In this document: positions 39,105 to 49,513 of the stretch, one piece after another
How the letters are laid out: each line of letters opens with the position of its first letter
Numbering within the stretch: position 1 is the first letter of the stretch
From: Thermodesulfobacteriota bacterium
GTDB taxonomy: Bacteria; Desulfobacterota_D; UBA1144; Nemesobacterales; Nemesobacteraceae
Length of the DNA: 64,000 nt
NCBI GenBank assembly: GCA_965221875.1
Contig: OZ244920.1
Location: 1,502,444-1,566,443 of the forward strand
Reading direction: 5' to 3'
Made by a program: the position numbers and the translations under genes
Notes under the pieces: model-generated
Told to the model about the DNA's origin: nothing
Database searches by the model: none
The model's input: the letters and a program-made list of their open reading frames with translations, nothing else

Positions 39105-40838
39105 TTATTTATCTCCGGTCAAAAGAGCGGCAATTTCTCCCGGAACCTTTTCTGCGGCAATGTTTGTTCTCTCGCCAGAATTCCTTTTCTTTATCTCCAC
39201 CTTGCCTTCTTTCAGGCTTCTTTGGCCGACGATAACCTGAATAGGGATTCCGAGCAGGTCTGAGTCCTTGAATTTCACACCTGGGGTCTCAGTTCTGTCA
39301 TCAATAAGAACATCCACTGCGTTGCGGAGAAGCGCTGAGTATATTTTCTCCGCCGCATCCTTTACGTCCTGCTGCTTCATATTTATCGGAAGCACAGAGA
39401 CCTCAAACGGAGCTATGGGAACGGGAAATTTTATTCCATGCTCATCGTTATTCTGCTCTATTGCCGCCGCTACCGTTCTTCCTATCCCTATCCCGTAACA
39501 ACCCATAACAAGCGGCTTTTCCACACCGTTCTCATCCACGTAGGTAGCTCCCATGGCTTCGCTGTACTTGGTTCCCAGCTTGAAAACGTGTCCAACTTCA
39601 ATGCCTCTTGACGCTCGCAGGACTCCGTTTTCAGAGACCGGGCACGGGTCCCCTTCCCTCGCCACCCTTATGTCCGCATAGGAATCGGCTTCAAAGTCCC
39701 GCCCGGGGTTAACGCCGGTTACGTGATGGTCGCCTTTGTTGGCTCCCGTTACGGCATTTTTAATATTGCGAATGGATTTGTCCGCAATTACCTTAACGTT
39801 CTTTCTCTTAAGTCCCACGGGTCCGCTGAATCCAAGCGGTCCCCCAGAAACTTCGAGAATTGTCTGCGGATCGGCAAGTTCTGCGACATCACATCCGAGA
39901 AAGTTCCGAAGTTTGGTTAGACTGAGCTCTGTGTCTCCTCTTACAAGCGCAACGACCGGCTGCGTTTCGGTACGTACTATAAGGGTCTTTATCAGTTTTT
40001 CCGGCCCGACCTTTAAAAGCCGCGCCACATCCTCAACCGTCTTAAGGCCCGGAGTATGGACTTCGGAGATATCCTCAAGTCCCGAGGTTGCTCTTGCCCC
40101 TTCCCTTTCATCTTCTGAAATGCCGATTTTTGCAAGCTCAAGGTTGGCAGCGTAATCGGCTTCAGTGGAACTCATTATTACGTCTTCACCGGTGTCGGCT
40201 GTCACCATAAATTCATGGGAAAAACTTCCGCCGATATTTCCTGAATCGGCAGAAACCACACTGAACTCAAGCCCGCACCTTTCAAATATACTTACATAAG
40301 CGTCGTACATTGCCTGGTAGGAGCGATCCGCTCCCTCATCCGAAACGTCGAAGCTGTAGGCATCTTTCATTATGAACTCACGTGCCCTCATAACCCCAAA
40401 GCGGGGACGGATCTCATCTCTGAACTTCGTCTGTATCTGGTAAAAATTAACGGGAAGCTGTTTGTAGGAACGAATCTCCTTCCTAACTATGTCCGTTATT
40501 ATTTCCTCGTGCGTGGGTCCCAGGCAGAAATCCCGTTCGGCGCGATCCTTGAAGCGAAGCAGTTCCTTTCCGTAGTAATCCCATCTGGCGCTCTCGATCC
40601 AAGGTTCTGCCGGGAGCACCGCGGGCATGAGAAGCTCTATGGTTCCTGCCCTGTTCATCTCTTCCCGCACTATGTTCTCGACTTTTCTTATGGATCTGAG
40701 TCCCAAAGGAAGGTAGTTGTAGATCCCGGCCGCGAGCTTTCTTATCATGCCCGCTCTTACCATAAGCTTGTGACTTATGATCTCGGCATCCGAAGGGTCT
40801 TCCTTGACCGTTGGTATGAAATAGGAAGAAAACCTCAT
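39105..40838 (-). CDS. proS: Proline--tRNA ligase (with editing insert)
   Basis: GPTHEE, FRDEIRPRFG, GIEVGHVFKLGTKYS, MGCYGIG. Confidence 0.97.
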   Translation of the reverse strand: MRFSSYFIPTVKEDPSDAEIISHKLMVRAGMIRKLAAGIYNYLPLGLRSIRKVENIVREEMNRAGTIELLMPAVLPAEPWIESARWDYYGKELLRFKDRAERDFCLGPTHEEIITDIVRKEIRSYKQLPVNFYQIQTKFRDEIRPRFGVMRAREFIMKDAYSFDVSDEGADRSYQAMYDAYVSIFERCGLEFSVVSADSGNIGGSFSHEFMVTADTGEDVIMSSTEADYAANLELAKIGISEDEREGARATSGLEDISEVHTPGLKTVEDVARLLKVGPEKLIKTLIVRTETQPVVALVRGDTELSLTKLRNFLGCDVAELADPQTILEVSGGPLGFSGPVGLKRKNVKVIADKSIRNIKNAVTGANKGDHHVTGVNPGRDFEADSYADIRVAREGDPCPVSENGVLRASRGIEVGHVFKLGTKYSEAMGATYVDENGVEKPLVMGCYGIGIGRTVAAAIEQNNDEHGIKFPVPIAPFEVSVLPINMKQQDVKDAAEKIYSALLRNAVDVLIDDRTETPGVKFKDSDLLGIPIQVIVGQRSLKEGKVEIKKRNSGERTNIAAEKVPGEIAALLTGDK

Positions 40839-40900
40839 CCGTTTTTCTCCTTTAAAGTGATTTAAGTTCAGATGGAAAGCAATTTCGCAGGGTTTTCAGC

Positions 40901-41959
40901 TCAGTTAACGTAGTTTCTTTCTATTTCCTTGACAAGCTCCCCGACCAAATCGGCTTCTCTGAAAGATTTTATCAGTTTTCCGTCCCGATAAAGCATCCCC
41001 TTTCCCCTTCCACCCGCTATTCCTATATCGGCTTCCGAGGCTTCGCCTGGTCCGTTAACAACGCAACCAAGTATTGCGACTTTAACCGGTCTTGGAAGGT
41101 TAAAACCGGAGACACCCTGCTCAACTTCCGAAACCAGCTTCTCAAGATCTATTTCAAGTCGCCCGCACCCTGGACACGAGATAAGTTCAATTCCATTGTT
41201 TCTTATCCCAAGAGACCTTAGTATGTTCATTCCAACAACTATCTCCTCCACCGGATCACCCGTTAAAGACACCCTTATTGTGTCACCTATCCCTTCAGCG
41301 AGAAGTGCTCCGATCCCTATGGCGGATTTCACCGTTCCCATTCCCGGGGTTCCCGCCTCGGTAACTCCGAGGTGGAGCGGGTATTCGGTTTTGTCCGCGA
41401 GCATTCTGTATGCAGTGATCATCTTTTTCACGTCGGTGGACTTGACCGAAATCTTTATGTCGAGAAAATCAAGGTCCTCAAGTATGTGCACATGTCTCAT
41501 TGCGCTTTCAACCAGAGCCTCGGCCGTCGGATGTTTGTGCTTTTTGAGTATGTCTTTTTCAAGAGAGCCTGAATTCACGCCTATTCTTATGGGAATTCTT
41601 CTCTCCCTGCAGGCGTCAACCACGGCTTTTATCCTGTACTTGGCACCGATGTTCCCGGGATTTATTCTCATCCCGTCGACTCCCTGTCTTATTGATTCAA
41701 GGGCCAGTCTGTAATCAAAGTGTATGTCCGAGACAAGGGGAATTCTTATCTCTTTTCTTATCGCTCCCAGAGCCTTTGCGGCATCCATGTCGGGAACAGC
41801 GACCCTGACGATGTCACAGCCTGCCTTTTCAAGTCTTTTTATCTGGGAAACTGTTGATGCAACGTCTCTCGTGTCGGTAATAGTCATTGACTGGACCGAC
41901 ACGGGAGCTCCCCCGCCTATTTTTACCTCACCGATTGATATCTGCCGGGATTGCCTCAT
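40901..41959 (-). CDS. ispG: HMBPP synthase (MEP pathway)
   Basis: VQSMT, DIHFDY, RINPGNIG, HLGVTEAG, SCPGCGR, GCVVNGPGE. Confidence 0.97.
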   Translation of the reverse strand: MRQSRQISIGEVKIGGGAPVSVQSMTITDTRDVASTVSQIKRLEKAGCDIVRVAVPDMDAAKALGAIRKEIRIPLVSDIHFDYRLALESIRQGVDGMRINPGNIGAKYRIKAVVDACRERRIPIRIGVNSGSLEKDILKKHKHPTAEALVESAMRHVHILEDLDFLDIKISVKSTDVKKMITAYRMLADKTEYPLHLGVTEAGTPGMGTVKSAIGIGALLAEGIGDTIRVSLTGDPVEEIVVGMNILRSLGIRNNGIELISCPGCGRLEIDLEKLVSEVEQGVSGFNLPRPVKVAILGCVVNGPGEASEADIGIAGGRGKGMLYRDGKLIKSFREADLVGELVKEIERNYVN

Positions 41960-41971
41960 AACTTGCGGAGA

Positions 41972-42000
41972 ATGCTATTGAATAGTTATTATAGTGTCAA
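41972..42000 (-). promoter_or_regulatory. sigma70 promoter of ispG
   Basis: Minus strand TTGACA-17 bp-TAGCAT. Confidence 0.5.
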
Positions 42001-42181
42001 GAAAGCCTAAAGCTGGATGCATGTTTCAAAGACTTTTTAACTCGGTTAATATCCTAAGGTATTTAATTTCTTTTGAAGAGTTCGGCGCAGTATAAGAAAC
42101 AACCTAAAACGGCATAAGAAAAAGCTGACTCAACAAGTTTCTTACAGTTATTAATAAAACAGGGAATCAGGAGGTAAAATT

Positions 42182-42586
42182 ATGGGGATGAAGAAGATAA
42201 TCCAAATAGACAGGAGCGGTCCCTCCAAGGATAAAAGCTCCGTGTCTTTTAGCAAGTTTGAAAAGAAGGAAAAACCCGCAAACAGTCCCGACATAACGGA
42301 AGAAACAGTCTACGGTGCTCTTAAGGATGTTTACGATCCCGAACTTCCCGTGAGCATAGTGGATCTTGGACTTATTTACGACACCAAAATTTCCGGGCGG
42401 AACGTTCAAATCAAGATGACGCTTACCACCCCAGGGTGTGCAATGGGAGCACAAATAGCAGGCCAAGCTGAAATGGCGCTTAAGAACGCGGGAGCCGACA
42501 ACGTTCTTATAGAAGTGATATGGGATCCTCCCTGGAACCCCGACATGATATCCGAGGAAGGAAAAAAGAAACTGGGTATCGCTTAG
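42182..42586 (+). CDS. DUF59/SufT-like Fe-S assembly protein
   Basis: VYDPELPVSIVDLGLIY, MTLTTPGC, WDPPWNPDM. Confidence 0.9.
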   Translation: MGMKKIIQIDRSGPSKDKSSVSFSKFEKKEKPANSPDITEETVYGALKDVYDPELPVSIVDLGLIYDTKISGRNVQIKMTLTTPGCAMGAQIAGQAEMALKNAGADNVLIEVIWDPPWNPDMISEEGKKKLGIA

Positions 42587-42600
42587 GGGGGACTTGCTGC

Positions 42601-43647
42601 GTGGAAATAACCAGAGAACGTATAATAAAAGTTCTTAAGGGTGTTAACTATCCGGGGTTTAACCGGGACATAGTATCCTTTGGTCTCGTAAAGGATATCC
42701 TTGTGGAAGGTTCGAAGGTAACCCTCTCCATAGTTCTTCCCAAACCCGACCAGAAGCTTCAGTCCGCAATAGAGGAAGAAGTCCGAAAAGCGGTCTTCGG
42801 CATACATGGAGTTGAAGATCTCTCGTTGAAGATCGGCTCACGTCCGCAGAAGCAGATAACTGCCGACGCGGGTAGTGAAAAAAGCAAACTTCCCGACATA
42901 AAGTACTACATAGCCGTCGCAAGCGGCAAAGGAGGAGTCGGCAAGTCAACAATAGCGACCAACCTCTCCCTGGCAATCTCAAAAAAAAGACAGAAAGTCG
43001 GGCTTATGGATGCCGATATTTGGGGACCGAGCGCTCCTTTGATGATGGGAATAAGCGAAAAGCCCCGCGCAACCGCCGATGACAAAATCGTTCCCATAGA
43101 CAAATTCGGCCTCAAGGTAATGTCCATCGGTTTTCTCGTGAACGAGGAAGACGCTGTGATATGGAGAGGCCCCATGGTACACGGAGCGATAAAGCAGTTT
43201 ATCGAGGATGTTGAGTGGAGCGGAACGGATTACCTGGTAATTGATCTTCCTCCAGGTACCGGGGACGCTCAGCTCTCTCTGGCGCAGACGGCCCCGATAA
43301 GCGGAGGAGTCATAGTAACCACTCCCCAAGACGTAGCTTTAGTGGACGTAAGAAGAGGGATCCTGATGTTCAACAAACTGAATATTCCTATTCTTGGGAT
43401 AGTGGAGAACATGAGCTATCTAGATATGCCCGATGTAGACGGCAAGATAGACATATTCGGCAGAGGTGGAGGAAGACGTATGGCAGAGAGGTTTGAAGTT
43501 CCGTTTCTTGGAGAAATCCCAATCGATCCGCGGATAAGGATCGGTGGGGATAACGGAACCCCCATCGTGGAGTCTGATCCGCAAAGTGCGGCTGGAAAGG
43601 CCTTTTTTGAGATTGCGGACAGAATACTCGAATCCATAGAGAACTGA
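42601..43647 (+). CDS. apbC: Mrp/ApbC (NBP35 family) P-loop ATPase
   Basis: SGKGGVGKST, DADIWGPS, WRGPM, DLPPGTGD, ENMS; start set at GTG 42601. Confidence 0.92.
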   Translation: MEITRERIIKVLKGVNYPGFNRDIVSFGLVKDILVEGSKVTLSIVLPKPDQKLQSAIEEEVRKAVFGIHGVEDLSLKIGSRPQKQITADAGSEKSKLPDIKYYIAVASGKGGVGKSTIATNLSLAISKKRQKVGLMDADIWGPSAPLMMGISEKPRATADDKIVPIDKFGLKVMSIGFLVNEEDAVIWRGPMVHGAIKQFIEDVEWSGTDYLVIDLPPGTGDAQLSLAQTAPISGGVIVTTPQDVALVDVRRGILMFNKLNIPILGIVENMSYLDMPDVDGKIDIFGRGGGRRMAERFEVPFLGEIPIDPRIRIGGDNGTPIVESDPQSAAGKAFFEIADRILESIEN

Positions 43648-43800
43648 CTGGCAAATTCAACCACCCTCGCCAGTTTTCAAGAAGTTGCCAGCTGGTTTCT
43701 GTTACTTGGTCTAGTTGCTGTCAGGATAATGCGGTACAGTGGCTAGAAGATCTCTCTAGCAGTTAAATACTTCTCACTACCCGACTGTGGAGTTAACCAA

Positions 43801-44745
43801 TTAACTGCCCGCCAGCACCGAGCTCATGAGCGCTTCCCGGGAAGTGTGTTTTGGACGGAACCCGGTTTCTCGTTTTAACTTCTCGTTGCTGGCCACCCAT
43901 GGCCATCTTGCGTACTCGGTCCCGCACGCGGGAGAATCGCTTTGCAGTCTTAGCATCCATGTTACCCAAGTGATGACGGTGAGAAGCGGCGCCGGGAGGC
44001 TAATCGCGCGTCTACCCGCAATGCTCGCAATCTCGCTATAGGCAACGGTTCCCTCTCCCGTGATGTTGAACACCCCGGAGGCAGGCTTCATCAGGCACAG
44101 TTCAAAGGCGTCAAGCAGATCGTCAAGATGGATGAACTGCATCTGCGGATCCGCACCGAGAACACGGACGCTTGCCAGCCTGAAAAAGACCTCAGCAACG
44201 AAGTTCTCGCACTGGGGTGCCATTACCGTGCACCCTCGCAGTATGGTGACGCAGGAGTTGGGGTTGCTCATTGCGAATGTTCTCAGCTTGAGCTCCGCTG
44301 CGGCCTTGTTCTCGGCGTACTGAAAACCTCGGACAGGCCTTACGGGTGATTCCTCGGTATATGGCTGCTCATCCCCGCAACGGGCGCCGTACACAGTGGT
44401 GCTGCTAAGGTAGACAAGGTGTTTTATGCCGACAGTCCAGCAGTCATGTATCACCTGGGCCGTTCCGCTGACATTTACACTGTACGCTGTCTTGCGGTCA
44501 TGTCCGGGCCGCAAGAGAAATGCCAAGTGGACAACAGCGTCAACTTGGTACTTTCGCAGAATGTCCGCAGTGGACTCCCGGATGTCCTTCTGGAATGCCG
44601 TGACTTTCGGATAGGATATGTTTAGCGGGAGACAGTCAAGCGCTATAACTCTGTCCACATGGTCTGATTGCGCCAGTCTCTCCACCAGTTTTGAGCCGAT
44701 GAACCCGGCCGCGCCCGTCACGGCGACAGTCTTCTTGTTGCTCAT
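43801..44745 (-). CDS. NAD-dependent epimerase/dehydratase
   Basis: TGAAGFIG, VVHLA, SSTTVYG, YAENK. Confidence 0.88.
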   Translation of the reverse strand: MSNKKTVAVTGAAGFIGSKLVERLAQSDHVDRVIALDCLPLNISYPKVTAFQKDIRESTADILRKYQVDAVVHLAFLLRPGHDRKTAYSVNVSGTAQVIHDCWTVGIKHLVYLSSTTVYGARCGDEQPYTEESPVRPVRGFQYAENKAAAELKLRTFAMSNPNSCVTILRGCTVMAPQCENFVAEVFFRLASVRVLGADPQMQFIHLDDLLDAFELCLMKPASGVFNITGEGTVAYSEIASIAGRRAISLPAPLLTVITWVTWMLRLQSDSPACGTEYARWPWVASNEKLKRETGFRPKHTSREALMSSVLAGS

Positions 44746-45032
44746 CACTATACTACTTTTGAACAGAGCAGGCTTGTGAGGTCAGGCGCAGGTTTGCCCG
44801 CTAAGGGAAAGCGTTCTCCTTTTTCCATTATTCAAACTTCCTTATGGAATCTCTTGTTTTCTCGTTTATCTTCCGTTTAGCAGTCCTTACTTTAATGCCG
44901 CTCGAATGTAATCTGGCATAATAATCAAAAAGGTATCTCCTGCGGGTAGCCAAGTATATAAATTCCTAATCAATTTCTTTTAATCTTAAGTAATATTATA
45001 GCGAGCATGAAAAACCCGGAGTTTTTATCTTC

Positions 45033-45980
45033 ATGAACGCGGAAAAAGACCTTTACGCGGTACTCGGCGTACCGCGAAACGCAACGCAGGACCAGATAAA
45101 GAAAGCGTACAGAGACCTCGCGAGAAAACACCACCCCGACATGAATCAGGGGGACAAGAAATCCGAGGAGAAGTTCAAAGAAATTCAGCACGCTTACGAA
45201 ACCCTCTCAGACCCCGAGAAGAAAAAGACCTACGACATGTTCGGGACAAGCAATTTTGGTGGGCAGAGAACGGGTGGAGGAAGTTACAGGCAGTATTCAC
45301 GAGGGTTTCCGGACATAGATGAAATCTTCAAAGATATCTTTTCACAGGGAGGCGGGGCTTACGGTATGGGTGGAGCGGGGGGAGGTTTCGGAGATATCTT
45401 TGATTTCGGTAACGTGCGACAGCAGCCAAGAAGACCGAAAAACATCCAGCATACTGTAACCCTTGACTTTGAAACCGCAGTAAAAGGTGGAGAAAAAGAA
45501 CTTCTGCTTAAGTCCCCCGAAGGCAGAAGCAAGAAAATAACGGTCAAGATTCCGGGTGGAGTGAAAACCGGGTCCAAGGTAAGATTGCCGGGCAAAGGCG
45601 AACAAATGAATTCTGTGGCCGGAGATCTCATTCTCGAGATAAAAGTCCTGTCCCATCCGGTTTTCAGAAGAGAAAACGACGACATATATATTGATGTTCC
45701 ACTAACGGTTTATGAGGCAGCTTTGGGAACGCTGATCGATGTACCGACTATAGAGAGCCCTGTAAAACTTACTATTCCGCCCGGCGTGGGAAGCGGCACG
45801 AAAATGAGGCTCAGGGAAAAGGGAGTGAAAAATCCCAAGACCGGCAAGCGAGGAGATCAGTTTGTAGTTGTTCAGATAGCAATGCCGGAGGAATCCAGCG
45901 AACACATGAAGAAGCTCATGGACGAGATTAAAGAGAAATATCCCTATGACCCTAGAAAAAAACTCCTCCAGTATCTATAA
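45033..45980 (+). CDS. DnaJ class II / CbpA-like co-chaperone
   Basis: J domain with HPD, G/F region, no Zn finger, DnaJ C-terminal domain. Confidence 0.92.
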   Translation: MNAEKDLYAVLGVPRNATQDQIKKAYRDLARKHHPDMNQGDKKSEEKFKEIQHAYETLSDPEKKKTYDMFGTSNFGGQRTGGGSYRQYSRGFPDIDEIFKDIFSQGGGAYGMGGAGGGFGDIFDFGNVRQQPRRPKNIQHTVTLDFETAVKGGEKELLLKSPEGRSKKITVKIPGGVKTGSKVRLPGKGEQMNSVAGDLILEIKVLSHPVFRRENDDIYIDVPLTVYEAALGTLIDVPTIESPVKLTIPPGVGSGTKMRLREKGVKNPKTGKRGDQFVVVQIAMPEESSEHMKKLMDEIKEKYPYDPRKKLLQYL

Positions 45981-46026
45981 TGATTCAACAACGTTAAGAA
46001 CTTACCTGTAAGGAGAGTGGTTTATC

Positions 46027-46290
46027 GTGAGCGGTGAAAAAGAAGAATTAAAGATGGATTTTTCGGGCTTTATCCTCTCGTTAAACGCCTCAGCCCTGAT
46101 TCACTTGGGTGAAATTCCCGACCCGCACTCAAAAAAAAGAGAAGTCAACATTCCGGCCGCCAAGCACACCATAACCATACTCGAGATACTGGCGGAAAAA
46201 ACCGAAGGGAACCTGACAAAAGAGGAAAAGCAACTTCTTGACGACATGATTTACAATATCCGCATGAAATACGTAAAGTCTCTGAGCTGA
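46027..46290 (+). CDS. DUF1844 family protein
   Basis: ALIHLGEIPDP, AKHTI..L.IL.EKTEGNLT.EE. Confidence 0.82.
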   Translation: MSGEKEELKMDFSGFILSLNASALIHLGEIPDPHSKKREVNIPAAKHTITILEILAEKTEGNLTKEEKQLLDDMIYNIRMKYVKSLS

Positions 46291-46298
46291 TTTCTCTT

Positions 46299-47201
46299 CT
46301 ACATGGTTGAGAGTTTCAGGAACTCTTCGTATCTTCGCTCTATTTCCTCTTTATGTAGCGAGCCCAGACGTCTTACGCTGAAGTCCTCAACCGTGAAGGA
46401 AGCCAGCACACTTCCGTAGGCAACCCCTTTTTTAAAACCGGTAAAATCAAGGTCTTTATCCATAGACGCAACGTAGCCCATGAATCCTCCGGCAAAAGTG
46501 TCACCCGCTCCCGTCGGGTCAAGCACTTGCTCAAGCATGTAGCTGGGAGCGAAAAACAGATCTTCCCGAGAAAAAAGCAAAGCTCCGTATTCTCCTCTTT
46601 TCACAATAAGAAATTCCGGTCCCATGTCCATTACCTTTCTTGCCGCTCTGGCCATCAATGGTTCTTCGGATAGCTGCCTTGCTTCAGAATCATTTATTAT
46701 GAGAATGTTGACTTTGCCCAGGAGTGCCTTTAGTTCCTCCAGTTTATTATCTATCCAGAAGTTCATGGTGTCGCAGGCAACAACTCGGGGTGAGTTCACC
46801 TGCTCGAGGACCTTCATCTGGATTTCAGGGTCCGTATTGGCTAAGAAAAGATAGTCGGCATCTCTGGATTTCTCGGGAACCACAGGGTCAAACGATCCCA
46901 GAACACCAAGGATAACGGAGACAGTTTCCGGATCCTTCATATCATAATCGTATCTGCCTTCCCATCTGAAAGTTCCTCCGGCACTGATCTCTATTCCCTC
47001 CGTATCAATGCCCTTTGAGCGAAGCAGTTCGGAATAGGCTGGGGGGAAATCTTCTCCAACTGAGGAAACCATATGAACATCCGTAAAATTACAGGCCGCC
47101 AAGGAGAAATAACAGGCGGATCCGCCAAGAATATTTTCTTCTCTTCCAAAAGGTGTTTCTATGGTGTCAATTCCTACCGACCCTACGACGACAATACTCA
47201 T
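46299..47201 (-). CDS. PfkB family carbohydrate/nucleoside kinase
   Basis: GGSACY, DTMNFWI, DPTGAGDTFAGG. Confidence 0.92.
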   Translation of the reverse strand: MSIVVVGSVGIDTIETPFGREENILGGSACYFSLAACNFTDVHMVSSVGEDFPPAYSELLRSKGIDTEGIEISAGGTFRWEGRYDYDMKDPETVSVILGVLGSFDPVVPEKSRDADYLFLANTDPEIQMKVLEQVNSPRVVACDTMNFWIDNKLEELKALLGKVNILIINDSEARQLSEEPLMARAARKVMDMGPEFLIVKRGEYGALLFSREDLFFAPSYMLEQVLDPTGAGDTFAGGFMGYVASMDKDLDFTGFKKGVAYGSVLASFTVEDFSVRRLGSLHKEEIERRYEEFLKLSTM

Positions 47202-47211
47202 TAAGACCTCT

Positions 47212-48066
47212 CTACATGTATTTTTTCACGATAATTTCAAATCTGTTCTTGGTCTCTTCGGTTACGCAGTCCGAAGACGTTATTATAGATTGACCTAGGG
47301 AATCCCCGCAAGGACATTCCATTTCTTCAGGGATAGCATCAACGACAGCAGCCACTACTTTTTTTGCCGTTTCAACGTTTTTATTCATGATTTCGATTAT
47401 GTCCGAGACCGTGACGTCGTCATGGTCTTCCTTCCAGCAGTCATAATCGGTGCAAAAGGCTATTGTGGAATAGCAGATCTCCGCTTCCCTGGCAAGTTTC
47501 GCTTCCGGCATTGCAGTCATTCCTATTATGTCTGCTTCCCATTCTCTGTACAGATAGCTCTCTGCCCTAGTGGAGAACTGAGGACCTTCGATACAAACAT
47601 AGGTTCCTCCCGAGTGGACCGTCCCACCGCAGCCAAGCGATGCTTCCCGCAGACAATCTGATAGCACAGAGCATACCGGGTCGGCCATTGAAACATGCGC
47701 TACTATACCACCTTCAAAAAACGTAGAAGGCCTCCGCTTGGTGTTATCAATAAACTGATCAGGTATCACTATGTGCCCCGGTTCTATTTCCTCTTTCAAA
47801 CTCCCCACGGCGCTTACAGATATAATTTGCTCAACTCCCATAGCCTTCATTGCATATATATTCGCCCGGAAATTTATCTCAGACGGAGATACTGTGTGTC
47901 CTGTACCGTGTCTTGGAAGAAAAACCATTCGCACGCCGCCGAGGGTTCCTGTGAGTAGACTTGAGGAGGGTTTGCCCCATGGAGTCTCCACAGAAACGGT
48001 TTTAACGTCCGAAAGGCCTTCCATCTCATAAAGACCGCTTCCGCCTATTACTCCTATAGTCTTCAA
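47212..48066 (-). CDS. mtnP: S-methyl-5'-thioadenosine phosphorylase
   Basis: IGGSGLY, LPRHG, EGPQFSTRAES, GMT..PEAKLAREAE, TDYDCW. Confidence 0.94.
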   Translation of the reverse strand: MKTIGVIGGSGLYEMEGLSDVKTVSVETPWGKPSSSLLTGTLGGVRMVFLPRHGTGHTVSPSEINFRANIYAMKAMGVEQIISVSAVGSLKEEIEPGHIVIPDQFIDNTKRRPSTFFEGGIVAHVSMADPVCSVLSDCLREASLGCGGTVHSGGTYVCIEGPQFSTRAESYLYREWEADIIGMTAMPEAKLAREAEICYSTIAFCTDYDCWKEDHDDVTVSDIIEIMNKNVETAKKVVAAVVDAIPEEMECPCGDSLGQSIITSSDCVTEETKNRFEIIVKKYM

Positions 48067-48080
48067 GTTTCCGTCTCCAT

Positions 48081-48725
48081 TTACCGAGATGCTGGCTTTG
48101 CGACAATAACCACCCTTTTCTCACCTGAAAAAGGCAGTTGAAATTCTTTTGTCAGAAGAAGTTCCATGTCTTGCGGATACCGGTTCGCGTAATCTTCCCA
48201 TTCCTTCTTTCCCCGAGGCCCCTTCATTATAACCATCTCCCCTTCTATATCCAGATACGGGGTGCCAAGAGGCACTATGGCGCCAATGCTCCCAAGAGCC
48301 CGGAACGTCACCCGGTCAAAGTCCCCTCTCATCCCTCTATCTATTTCCTCGGCTCTCCCGTGGCGGATATCGATGCCGCCGAGTCCCAGGGATCTTTTCA
48401 CGTCCTTTAAAAAAGCAACTTTCTTTCCAACCGACTCAAGAAGCGTAACATTAAGGGACGGGTCGTAGATAGAAAGCGGAATTCCGGGAAAACCTGCCCC
48501 GGTACCTATATCAATCACCTTTGAGCCGGGAGGCATGAATTCAGCCACTGTGAGGGAATCAATCAGGTGCTTGATTATGATTTCCCGGTCGGTGAGAACC
48601 GAACTTAGATTTATGCGCCTGCCCCATTTGCGCAGCAGGTCAACATAAGAGAGGAAAAGATCGACCCTGATGTTCTTGATGCCTATTTGTTCTGCGCCTT
48701 CTCTGAGAAGTTGTTCATTAGTCAT
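48081..48725 (-). CDS. rsmG: 16S rRNA m7G527 methyltransferase
   Basis: INLS, KHLIDSL, DIGTGAGFPGIPL, RAEE, MKG. Confidence 0.93.
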   Translation of the reverse strand: MTNEQLLREGAEQIGIKNIRVDLFLSYVDLLRKWGRRINLSSVLTDREIIIKHLIDSLTVAEFMPPGSKVIDIGTGAGFPGIPLSIYDPSLNVTLLESVGKKVAFLKDVKRSLGLGGIDIRHGRAEEIDRGMRGDFDRVTFRALGSIGAIVPLGTPYLDIEGEMVIMKGPRGKKEWEDYANRYPQDMELLLTKEFQLPFSGEKRVVIVAKPASR

Positions 48726-49513
48726 TTTAATTCGTGAGCGTCAACATCCATTATTCCCTTGAAGGCGAAGGTAAGAAATCCTGTGTGCGCCACGGTTCTG
48801 TTATCCGGCCGAGTTTTCCCCTTTTTCACCTGATAGTTCCTCATTATAAGCTCTACTGTTTCGATTCTTACAAAACCCGTTTCCTCAAGCGATTCCGCGG
48901 TTCTTTCCACCTGGTTGTATGTCGGAGAAATACTTGCGATTCTCCCTCCGGAAGCAAGAGCCTCGTAAGCCGCCGGAATTCCATACCATGGAGAAGGGAG
49001 ATCAAGTATCGCGACGTCAACGTCTGTTTCCTTAAAACCTTCTCTGGCGTCGCCGCAGTTAAATTCCACGTATTCAGAAAGCCCCGCCCGCCGTACGTTA
49101 TCTTTGGCATTATTCATGAACTGTTCTCTTTTTTCGTACGTATAGACTTTTCCGGAAGGGGCAACCGAATTGGCAAGCGCAATGGTAAGAGCTCCCGAAC
49201 CGGTCGCGGCTTCAACAACCCTAGCTCCCGCTCTCACATCCGTTTTAAAGAGAATCAGAGCCGCATCCTTCGGATAAACAATCTGGGTAGCCCTTCTCAC
49301 CTTCATAATTTTTTGTTCCACGGTAGGGTTAAGAAGTACAAAATTGCTTCCGAGGCTTGAAACTATTGTTTCTCCCCATTTTTTCCCCAGCGCGGAGGAA
49401 AGATCGAGTATTCCCATGTGAGAACTAAAAGACTTGCCCTCTTCTACCACAACCATAAAGCTTTTGTTGTCAGGTGAAACGAGGAGAATGGTATCACCGG
49501 ATTTTATTTTCAT
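48722..49513 (-). CDS. trmI: tRNA m1A58 methyltransferase
   Basis: TQIVYPKD, EAATGSGALT, LDLPSPW, AHTGFL. Confidence 0.9.
   Translation of the reverse strand: MKIKSGDTILLVSPDNKSFMVVVEEGKSFSSHMGILDLSSALGKKWGETIVSSLGSNFVLLNPTVEQKIMKVRRATQIVYPKDAALILFKTDVRAGARVVEAATGSGALTIALANSVAPSGKVYTYEKREQFMNNAKDNVRRAGLSEYVEFNCGDAREGFKETDVDVAILDLPSPWYGIPAAYEALASGGRIASISPTYNQVERTAESLEETGFVRIETVELIMRNYQVKKGKTRPDNRTVAHTGFLTFAFKGIMDVDAHELK

Noticed and set aside
42021-42095. 24-aa ORF MFQRLFNSVNILRYLISFEEFGAV between ispG and sufT
   Set aside because: No clear RBS; expected by chance in an AT-rich divergent promoter region.
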